Shown: positions 50,601 to 61,500 of the stretch, in pieces
How the letters are laid out: the number at the start of each line of letters is the position of its first letter
How positions within the stretch are numbered: the stretch's first letter is position 1
Assembly: GCF_006345805.1 (NCBI RefSeq)
Contig: NC_043025.1
Location: forward strand, 15,810,001 to 15,874,000
Source: Octopus sinensis
Lineage: Eukaryota
DNA length: 64,000 nucleotides
Reading direction: 5' to 3'
Translations under genes and position numbers: made by a program
Notes under the pieces: model-generated
Told to the model about the DNA's origin: nothing
The model's database searches: none
What the model saw: the letters and a program-made list of their open reading frames with translations, nothing else

Positions 50601-53600
50601 GCCTCCATGAAGCCCAGTACTCAAAAGGAACTCAGCCACTTTGCCTCCATGAAGCCCAATACTCAAAAGGAACTCAGCCACTTTTCCTCCATGAAGCCCA
50701 ATACCCAAAAGGAACTCAGCCACTTTGCCTCCATGAAGCCCAATACTCAAAAGGGACTCAGCCACTTTGCCTCTGTGAAGCCCAATACTCAAAAGGAACT
50801 CAGCCACTTTGCCTCCATGAAGCCCAATACTCAAAAGGAACTCAGCCACTTTGCCTCCATGAAGCCCAATACACAAAGGAAAACTCAGCCACTTTGCCTC
50901 CATGAAGCCCAATACTCAAAAGGAACTCAGCCACTTTGCCTCCATGAAGCCCAATACTCAAAAGGAACTCAGCCACTTTGCCTCCATGAAGCCCAATACT
51001 CAAAAGGAACTCAGCCACTTTGCCTCCATGAAGCCCAATACTCAAAAGGAACTCAGCCACTTTGCCTCTGTGAAGCCCAATACTCAAAAGGAACTCAGCC
51101 ACTTTGCCTCCATGAAGCCCAATACTCAAAAGGAACTCAGCCACTTTGCCTCCATGAAGCCCAATACACAAAAGGAACTCAGCCACTTTGCCTCCATGAA
51201 GCCCAATACTCAAAAGGAACTCAGCCACTTTGCCTCCATGAAGCCCAATACTCAAAAGGAACTCAGCCACTTTGCCTCCATGAAGCCCAATACTCAAAAG
51301 GAACTCAGCCACTTTGCCTCCATGAAGCCCAATACTCAAAAGGAACTCAGCCACTTTGCCTCTGTGAAGCCCAATACTCAAAAGGAACTCAGCCACTTTG
51401 CCTCCATGAAGCCCAATACTCAAAAGGAACTCAGCCACTTTGCCTCCATGAAGCCCAATACTCAAAAGGAACTCAGCCACTTTGCCTCTGTGAAGCCCAA
51501 TACTCAAAAGGAACTCAGCCACTTTGCCTCCATGAAGCCCAATACTCAAAAGGAACTCAGCCACTTTGCCTCCATGAAGCCCAATACTCAAAAGGAACTC
51601 AGCCACTTTGCCTCCATAAAGCCCAATACTCAAAAGGAACTCAGCCACTTTGCCTCCATGAAGCCCAACACTCAAAAGGAACTCAGCCACTTTGCCTCCA
51701 TGAAGCCCAATACTCAAAAGGAACTCAGCCACTTTGCCTCCATAAAGCCCATACTCAAAAGGAACTCAGCCACTTTGCCTGTGAAGCCCAATACTCAAAA
51801 GGAACTCAACCACTTTGCCTGCATGTGGCCCAAAGCTTGAAAGGAACTCAGCCACTTTGCCTCCATGAAGCCCAATACTCAAAAGGAACTCAGCCACTTT
51901 GCCTCATGAAGCCCAATACTCAAAAGGAACTCAGCCACTTTGCCTCCATGAAGCCCAATACTCAAAAGGAACTCAGCCACTTTGCCTCTGTGAAGCCCAA
52001 TACTCAAAAGGAACTCAGCCACTTTGCCTCCATGAAGCCCAATACTCAAAAGGAACTCAGCCACTTTGCCTCCATGAAGCCCAATACTCAAAAGGAACTC
52101 AACCACTTTGCCTGCATGTGCCCAAAGCTTGAAAGGAACTCAGCCACTTTGCCTCCATGAAGCCCAATACTCAAAAGGAACTCAGCCACTTTGCCTCTGT
52201 GAAGCCCAATACTCAAAAGGAACTCAGCCACTTTGCCTCTGTGAAGCCCAATACTCAAAAGGAACTCAACCACTTTGCCTGCATGTGGCCCAAAGCTTCA
52301 AAGGTACTCAGCCACTTTGCCTCCATGAAGCCCAATACTCAAAAGGAACTGAGCCACTTTGCCTCCATGAAGCCCAATACTCAAAAGGAACTCAGCCACT
52401 TTGCCTCTATGAAGCCCAATACACAAAAGGAACTCAGCCACTTTGCCTCCATGAAGCCCAATACTCAAAAGGAACTCAGCCACTTTGCCTCCATGAAGCC
52501 CAATACTCAAAAGGAACTCAGCCACTTTGCCTCTATGAAGCCCAATACTCAAAAGGAACTCAGCCACTTTGCCTCCATGAAGCCCAATACTCAAAAGGAA
52601 CTCAGCCACTTTGCCTCTGTGAAGCCCAATACTCAAAAGGAACTCAGCTACTTTGCCTCCATGAAGCCCAATACTCAAAAGGAACTCAGCCACTTTGCCT
52701 CCATGAAGCCCAATACTCAAAAGAACTCAGCCACTTTGCCTCTGTGAAGCCCAATACTCAAAAGGAACTCAGCCACTTTGCCTCCATGAAGCCCAATACT
52801 CAAAAGGAACTCAGTTACTTTGCCTCCATGAAGCCCAATACTCAAAAGGAACTCAGCCACTTTGCCTCCATAAAGCCCAATACTCAAAAGGAACTCAGCC
52901 ACTTTGCCTCCATGAAGCCCAACACTCAAAAGGAACTCAGCCACTTGCCTCCATGAAGCCCAATACTCAAAAGGACTCAGCCACTTTGCCTCCATAAAGC
53001 CCAATACTCAAAAGGAACTCAGCCACTTTGCCTCTCTGTGAAGCCCAATACTCAAAAGGAACTCAACCACTTTGCCTGCATGTGCCCAAAGCTTGAAAGG
53101 AACTCAGCCACTTGCCTCTGTGAAGCCCATACTCAAAAGGAACTCAGCCACTTTGCTTCCATGAAGCCCAATACTCAAAAGGAACTCAGCCACTTTGCCT
53201 CTGTGAAGCCCAATACTCAAAGGAACTCAGCCACTTTGCCTCTGTGAAGCCAATACTCAAAAGGAACTCAACCACTTTGCCTGCATGTGGCCCAAACTTG
53301 AAAGGAACTCAGCCACTTTGCCTCCATGAAGCCCAATACTCAAAAGGAACTGAGCCACTTTGCCTCCATGAAGCCCAATACTCAAAAGGAACTCAGCCAC
53401 TTTGCCTCTATGAAGCCCAATACACAAAAGGACTCAGCCACTTTGCCTCCATGAAGCCCAATACTCAAAAGGAACTCACCACTTTGCCTCCATGAAGCCC
53501 ATACTCAAAAGAACTCAGCCACTTTGCCTCCATGAAGCCCAATACTCAAAAGGAACTCAGCCACTTTGCCTCCATGAAGCCCATACTCAAAAGGAACTCA

Positions 53601-55613
53601 GCCACTTTGCCTCTGTGAAGCCCAATACTCAAAAGGAACTCAGCTACTTTGCCTCCATGAAGCCCAATACTCAAAAGGAACTCAGCCACTTTGCTCCATG
53701 AAGCCCAATACTCAAAAGGAACTCAGCCACTTTGCCTCTGTGAAGCCCATACTCAAAAGGAACTCAGCCACTTTGCCTCCATGAAGCCAATACTCAAAAG
53801 GAACTCAGCCACTTTGCCTCCATGAAGCCCAATACTCAAAAGGACTCAGCCACTTTGCCTCCATAAAGCCCAATACTCAAAGGAACTCAGCCACTTTGCC
53901 TCCATGAAGCCCAACACTCAAAAGAACTCACCACTTTGCCTCCATGAAGCCCAATACTCAAAAGGAACTCAGCCACTTTGCCTCCATAAAGCCCAATACT
54001 CAAAAGGAACTCAGCCACTTTGCCTCTGTGAAGCCCAATACTCAAAAGGAACTCAACCACTTTGCCTGCATGTGGCCCAAAGCTTGAAGGAACTCAGCCA
54101 CTTTGCCTCTGTGAAGCCCAATACTCAAAAGGAACTCTCAGCCACTTGCTTCCATGAAGCCCAATACTCAAAAGGAACTCAGCCACTTTGCCTCTGTGAA
54201 GCCCAATACTCAAAAGGAACTCACCTCGCCACTTTGCCTCCATGAAGCCCAATACTCAAAAGGAACTCAGCCACTTTGCCTCCATGAAGCCCAATACTCA
54301 AAAGGAACTCAACCTCAACCAACTTTTGCCTGCATGTGGCCCAAAGCTTGAAAGGAACTCAGCCACTTTGCCTCCATGAAGCCCAATACTCAAAAGGAAC
54401 TCAGCCACTTTGCCTCTGTGAAGCCCAATACTCAAAAGGAACTCAGCCACTTTGCCTCTGTGAAGCCCAATACTCAAAAGGAACTCAACCACTTTGCCTG
54501 CATGTGGCCCAAAGCTTGAAAGGAACTCAGCCACTTTGCCTCCATGAAGCCCAATACTCAAAAGGAACTGAGCCACTTTGCCTCCATGAAGCCCAATACT
54601 CAAAAGGAACTCAGCCACTTTGCCTCCATGAAGCCCAATACTCAAAAGGAACTCAGCTACTTTGCCTCCATGAAGCCCAGTACTCAAAAGGAACTCAGCC
54701 ACTTTGCCTCCATGAAGCCCAATACTCAAAAGGAACTCAGCCACTTTGCCTCTGTGAAGCCCAATACTCAAAAGGAACTCAGCCACTTTGCCTCATGAAG
54801 CCCAATACTCAAAAGGAACTCAACCACTTTGCCTGCATGTGGCCCAAAGCTTGAAAGGAACTCAGCCACTTTGCCTCCATGAAGCCCAATACTCAAAAGG
54901 AACTGAGCCACTTTGCCTCCATGAAGCCCAATACTCAAAAGGAACTCAGCCACTTTGCCTCCATGAAGCCCAATACTCAAAAGGAACTCAGCCACTTTGC
55001 CTCCATGAAGCCCAGTACTCAAAAGGAACTCAGCCACTTTGCCTCCATGAAGCCCAATACTCAAAAGGAACTCAGCCACTTTGCCTCTGTGAAGCCCAAT
55101 ACTCAAAAGGAACTCAACCACTTTGCCTGCACGTGGCCCAAAGCTTGAAAGGAACTCAGCCACTTTGCCTCCATGAAGCCCAATACTCAAAAGGAACTCA
55201 GCCACTTTGCCTCCATGAAGCCCAATACTCAAAAGGAACTCAGCCACTTTGCCTCCATGAAGCCCAATACTCAAAAGGAACTCAGCCACTTTGCCTCCAT
55301 GAAGCCCAATACTCAAAAGGAACTCAGCCACTTTGCCTCTGTGAAGCCCAATACTCAAAAGGAACTCAGCCACTTTGCCTCCATGAAGCCCAACACTCAA
55401 AAGGAACTCAGCCACTTTGCCTCCATGAAGCCCAATACTCAAAAGGAACTCAGCCACTTTGCCTCCATGAAGCCCAACACTCAAAAGGAACTCAGCCACT
55501 TTGCCTCCATGAAGCCCAATACTCAAAAGGAACTCAGCCACTTTGCCTCCATAAAGCCCAATACTCAAAAGGAACTCAGCCACTTTGCCTCTGTGAAGCC
55601 CAATGTTCAAAGG
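38611..55613. repeat. 42-bp tandem satellite, ~17 kb, ~400 units, with higher-order variant structure
   Basis: Consensus atgaagcccaatactcaaaaggaactcagccactttgcctcc. Recurrent variants include ctctgtgaag, aactcaacc...gcatgtggcccaaagcttg and atgtggcccagtgctcaagagg. Confidence 0.98.
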
Positions 55614-55711
55614 TTGAATTTTTTATGTGCCACCAGTACAGGTGCACTTGGCTTGATGAATCCTCTTAAGCAGAGCACATTGCCAAAGGTATCGATCAGA
55701 AGACAACAAAT

Positions 55712-56129
55712 GCAGAGGCATATCAAGCATCTCAAGTCATATACATTATTGTATATTATTCTTGAATTAGTTGAGGTCTTACAGCTGTTTCTGAGATGTC
55801 CCAAATGATAGGTGAGTATGCCTGAATATGGGGCATTCCATCATCAGAGACAAGTAAAGAACATATGAAAGATCTTTATTTCCTTACTCTCTATTCTTCT
55901 ATTTCATTGCTTATTATCTGCAAATTTTCCATGTCTAGATCTTTTATCTGAATATTTCCGTGTCTAGATCTTTCCTATGTTCTCTACTTGTCTCTGATGA
56001 CAGAGTACCCCACATTCAGGCATCACTTGCCTACCACTTGGGATATCCAGAAACAGCTGTAACACCTCAACTAATTTCAGAATAATATAAAATAATGTAT
56101 ATGACTTGAGATGCTTGTTGTGCCTCAGC
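55712..56129. repeat. Diverged foldback with ~160-bp arms and a ~90-bp loop
   Basis: caagcatctcaagtcatatacattatt (left) pairs with aataatgtatatgacttgagatgcttg (right); acagctgtttctg pairs with cagaaacagctgt. Confidence 0.8.
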
Positions 56130-56274
56130 ATTCGTTGTCCTCTTTCACAAATATATATCTGCTAAATCAACAATGTAAAATGGTTACGTGCTTGGAACCC
56201 TGATAATCTATTACATCATTTACTCAGCATACCTATTTGTTTATTTGTTTAGATCACAAGTGAACCCCATATTC

Positions 56275-56318
<44 letters not shown>

Positions 56319-56832
56319 ATATTAAATTAGAGACAAAATCACTATTATGCAAATCAAACAAAGGAAGACTTAAGCCAATGCATAAATTAATTTATATAAT
56401 TTAGAAATTTAACAATTATTAATATCCACTACGATCGTTTCATGTCTTCTTTTCATCACGTCTTTGAGTAGTAGACATTCTTCAGGTGGTTTCAAATCTA
56501 AAATATAATCAATATTTTTAAGATATAAATAATCGATATAATCTAAAATAATAAAAACTTACCTTCGAAACACGCATTGAGTCGAACCAGGGGCAGCTGA
56601 TGAAGGGGAATTTTCCTTGTATTGTTTGTCTTGTACCCTGTTTTTTCGTTGTTAAAAAAAAGTCTGTTTCCTTGTTTGATTTTATGTTCTCTTCTCTCGT
56701 TGTGTTCTACGTTTATTTGTGGTGTCCTGTACTCATATATATATATATATATATGCATGTATATATACATATAGATGTAGGTATGTACATATATGTATAT
56801 ATATAGGCATATATTTTATTTATTTATTATAT

Positions 56833-56866
<34 letters not shown>

Positions 56867-57493
56867 TATATATACATACACACATATATATTTACACACA
56901 CACAATTTCTGTATTTGTTTGCAAGATCCTTGATGCGCAATCGTATGTTGGAAGAAATGTTGAAATAATGTCCATATACATGTATGAAGCAGATCACTAA
57001 ACAGTTGCTAAAACTGACACAATGTATGCCAAAAATCTCTCAAATCACACCCTTTTGTCTTATGTATACATATATGTACATTTAAACAACTCAGGGAGAC
57101 TTTTATAAGATAAAATGACTTGATAGAAAAGGTAGTCAAAGCTCCCTCAAATCAAACCTACTGTCTTATGCATGTCTACAATTGCCAAAAAAGGTAGTTG
57201 GAACTAATAGAAATAGCAGCCAAATCTCAAACACAACTTTCTTAAAAAAGTAAAAGGTATATCAAAATGATGAGAAAGTCATTTATGGAGTGCATTTGGT
57301 CAATGGTCTGCTCAATAAAGACTGAACTGTGGCTAAACACCAACAGCTAGTTACAACTGGTCAGATGATGAGTCAATGAGAATCCTGTATATGGACTCTT
57401 GAAGGGCTAAAGCTAAATCTCCCTCAACTTACATTTTACAATCTTAAAAAAAGGAAGGACACAATAAATGACATCAATTCTGTATCTCGTTAA

Positions 57494-57698
57494 CCCTTTA
57501 GTATTTGAGCCAATCATATCCAGTGCAAATATTTGTTTTACATTCTAATTGGTCAGATTTGGCTTCTCACACTAACCCTACAATGTCATTCTAAAAATGA
57601 ATAACTGCATCATTGAACTCTCAAAGCTACATGATTAATTCAACTCAATGTAAATAAATAAGCATTACATTTGACAGAGCAATCTGAATGCTAAAGGG
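57494..57698. mobile_element. piggyBac-type MITE, 205 bp
   Basis: TTAA on both sides (57490-57493, 57699-57702); TIRs ccctttagtatt and (reverse complement) ccctttagcatt. Confidence 0.75.
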
Positions 57699-57820
57699 TT
57701 AAGGGATGAAAGGGTCATAGCCATTAATGCCTTTGGTCCTAGGTTTGCTTGATTCATTTGACCTTGGACTAAACATCAACAACCAATTATAACCAGTTGG
57801 ATGGCAAGTATTCGGCTTAC

Positions 57821-58023
57821 CGCAGCTGGTGTTCCATCTCTCGGTCAAGAACCTTCTGGAAGGGGCGCGAGGTATAGTAGCCACTCCAGTAGTGGTCATC
57901 TCGATCAGCATAGGTGAAGAAATCACCTGACAGTGAAGGTATGTTTGGGGGAGGATCCCCAGGTGCAATTTTATGCTTCTTGTAGATTGCATTGAAATAG
58001 TCAGACAAAGTTCCAAACTTAAT
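57821..58023 (-). CDS. MAN2A1: Golgi alpha-mannosidase II (GH38) internal exon [11 protein letters not shown]...[35 protein letters not shown](R)
   Basis: [20 protein letters not shown] matches the motif I recall from human MAN2A1/MAN2A2 and Drosophila GMII. Acceptor ttttattccag|ATT, donor CG|gtaag; 203 nt, phase 0 to phase 2. The symbol denotes a MAN2A-type ortholog. Confidence 0.95.
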
Positions 58024-58419
58024 CTGGAATAAAACAAAAAAACAAACATAAAAATATAGAAATAAATAATCAAAACTAAAAGTAAACAAAAACTCATCTA
58101 GACAAATAATATAAATATATTAAAAAACAAAAATACAATTACATAAACATATAGTATAATAAATCCATAAATATTTATGTTTCATTGGTTTGATGAAGGA
58201 TCCAGATTTTAACTGTTTTTCTTGAAGCTAATTAGAAGACAAAACAGCAGGTAATATGGGGAGGGGTGCACAATTATTGTGGCTTTTTTTCAACAAAGTT
58301 TATTCAACAAAAACAATAACAACATGTAACCAAAACATCTTGAATTGATTATTCCGGAGCATATTCACCATCTACTCCAATTACTGCTTCTCATTAGCTT
58401 GGCAGAAGTGTGTGTGTAT

Positions 58420-58450
<31 letters not shown>

Positions 58451-58570
58451 TGTGTGTGTCTGTGTGTGTGTGAGAAGGAGATATTCAGTTCTAAGTCAGA
58501 CTTGGTCCAATATATACATACAGTTCAAAGTCACAATATTGTGTATACCATGTTTTTCTTTACCGACTTC

Positions 58571-61500
58571 AGATAGTAAGGTATTATTTGAGATAGTAAG
58601 GTATTATTTGAGATGATAAGGTATTATTTGAGATAGTAAGGTATTATTTGAGATAGTAAGGTATTATTTGAGATACTAAGGTATTATTTGAGATAGTAAG
58701 GTATTATTTGAGATAATAAGGTATTATTTGAGATAATAAGGTATTATTTGAGATAGTAAGGTATTATTTGAGATAGTAAGGTATTATTTGAGATAGTAAG
58801 GTATTATTTGAGATAATAAGGTATTATTTGAGATAGTAAGGTATTATTTGAGATAGTAAGGTATTATTTGAGATAGTAAGGTATCATTTGAGATAGTAAG
58901 GTATTATCTGAGATAATAAGGTATTATTTGAGAGGATAAGGTATTATTTGAGATAGTAAGGTATTATCTGAGATAATAAGGTATTATTTGAGATAATAAG
59001 GTATTATTTGAGATAGTAAGGTATTATCTGAGATAATAAGGTATTATTTGAGATAGTAAGGTATTATTTGAGATAGTAAGGTATTATTTGAGATAATAAG
59101 GTATTATCTGAGATAATAAGGTATTATTTGAGATAGTAAGGTATTATTTGAGATAATAAGGTATTATTTGAGATAATAAGGTATTATTTGAGATAATAAG
59201 GTATTATTTGAGATAGTAAGGTATTATCTGAGATAATAAGGTATTATTTGAGATAGTAAGGTATTATTTGAGATAGTAAGGTATTATCTGAGATAATAAG
59301 GTATTATTTGAGATAGTAAGGTATTATTTGAGATACTAAGGTATTATTTGAGATAGTAAGGTATTATTTGAGATACTAAGGTATTATTTGAGATAGTAAG
59401 GTATTATTTGAGATAATAAGGTATTATTTGAGATAGTAAGGTATTGTTTGAGATAATAAGGTATTATTTGAGATAATAAGGTATTATTTGAGATAGTAAG
59501 GTATTATTTGAGATAGTAAGGTATTATTTGAGATAGTAAGGTATTATTTGAGATAGTAAGGTATTATTTGAGATAGTAAGGTATTATTTGAGATAATAAG
59601 GTATTATTTGAGATAGTAAGGTATTATTTGAGATAGTAAGGTATTATTTGAGATAATAAGGTATTATTTGAGATAGTAAGGTATTATTTGAGATAGTAAG
59701 GTATTATTTGAGATAGTAAGGTATTATCTGAGATAATAAGGTATTATTTGAGATGATAAGTATTATTTGAGATAGTAAGGTATTATCTGAGATAATAAGT
59801 ATTATTTGAGATAATAAGGTATTATTTGAGATAGTAAGGTATTATCTGAGATAATAAGGTATTATTTGAGATAGTAAGGTATTATTTGAGATAGTAAGGT
59901 ATTATTTTGAGATAGTAAGGTATATCTGAGATAATAAGGTATTATTTGAGATAGTAAGGTATTATTTGAGATAATAAGGTATTATTTGAGATAATAAGGT
60001 ATTATTTGAGATAATAAGGTATTATTTAAGATAGTAAGGTTTATCTGAGATAATAAGGTATTATTTGAGATAGTAAGGTTTATTTGAGATAGTAAGGTAT
60101 TATTTGAGATAGTAAGGTATTATCTGAGATAATAAGGTATTATTTGAGATAGTAAGGTATTATTTGAGATAGTAAGTATTATTTTGAGATACTAAGGTAT
60201 TATTTGAGATAGTAAGGTATTATTTGAGATAATAAGGTATTATTTGAGATAGTAAGGTATTATTTGAGATAGTAAGGTATTATTTGAGATAATAAGGTAT
60301 TATTTGAGATAGTAAGGTATTATTTGAGATAATAAGGTATTATTTGAGATAATAAGGTATTATTTGAGATAGTAAGGTATTATTTGAGATAGTAAGGTAT
60401 TATTTGAGATAATAAGGTATTATTTGAGATAGTAAGGTATTATTTGAGATAGTAAGGTATTATTTGAGATAATAAGGTATTATTTGAGATAGTAAGGTAT
60501 TATAAGAGATAATAAGGTATTATTTGAGATAATAAGGTATTATTTGAGATAGTAAGGTATTATTTGAGATAGTAAGGTATTATTTGAGATAGTAAGGTAT
60601 TATTTGAGATAATAAGGTATTATTTGAGATAGTAAGGTATTATTTGAGATAGTAAGTTATTATTTGAGATAGTAAGGTATTATTTGAGATAGTAAGGTAT
60701 TATTTGAGATAGTAAGGTATTATCTGAGATAATAAGGTATTATTTGAGATAATAAGGTATTATTTGAGATAATAAGGTATTGTTTGAGATAGTAAGGTAT
60801 TATTTGAGATAATAAGGTATTATCTGAGATAATAAGGTATTATTTGAGATAATAAGGTATTATTTGAGATAGTAAGGTATTATCTGAGATAATAAGGTAT
60901 TATTTGAGATAGTAAGGTATTATTTGAGATAGTAAGGTATTATTTGAGATAGTAAGGTATTATCTGAGATAATAAGGTATTATTTGAGATAGTAAGGTAT
61001 TATTTGAGATAATAAGGTATTATTTGAGATAATAAGGTATTATTTGAGATAATAAGGTATTATTTAAGATAGTAAGGTATTATCTGAGATAATAAGGTAT
61101 TATTTGAGATAGTAAGGTATTATTTGAGATAGTAAGGTATTATTTGAGATAGTAAGGTATTATCTGAGATAATAAGGTATTATTTGAGATAGTAAGGTAT
61201 TATTTGAGATAGTAAGGTATTATTTGAGATACTAAGGTATTATTTGAGATAGTAAGGTATTATTTGAGATAATAAGGTATTATTTGAGATAGTAAGGTAT
61301 TATTTGAGATAGTAAGGTATTATTGAGATAATAAGGTATTATTTGAGATAGTAAGGTATTATTTGAGATAATAAGGTATTATTTGAGATAATAAGGTATT
61401 ATTGAGATAGTAAGGTATTATTTGAGATAGTAAGGTATTATTTGAGATAATAAGGTATTATTTGAGATAGTAAGGTATTATTTGAGATAGTAAGGTATTA

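Noticed and set aside
38440-55808. Dozens of long ORFs (up to 673 aa) made of MKPNTQKELSHFAS, EAQYSKGTQPLCLH or GGKVAEFLLSIGLH repeats
   Set aside because: A 42-bp unit is a multiple of three and stop-free in several frames on both strands. Frames switch at random 1-bp indels, there are no splice signals or unique termini, and the array lies in the mannosidase intron.
56560-56625. Second hammerhead candidate (cttcgaaacacgc...gagtc...ctgatgaagg)
   Set aside because: Core words are present in type-II order, but stems I and III do not pair convincingly.
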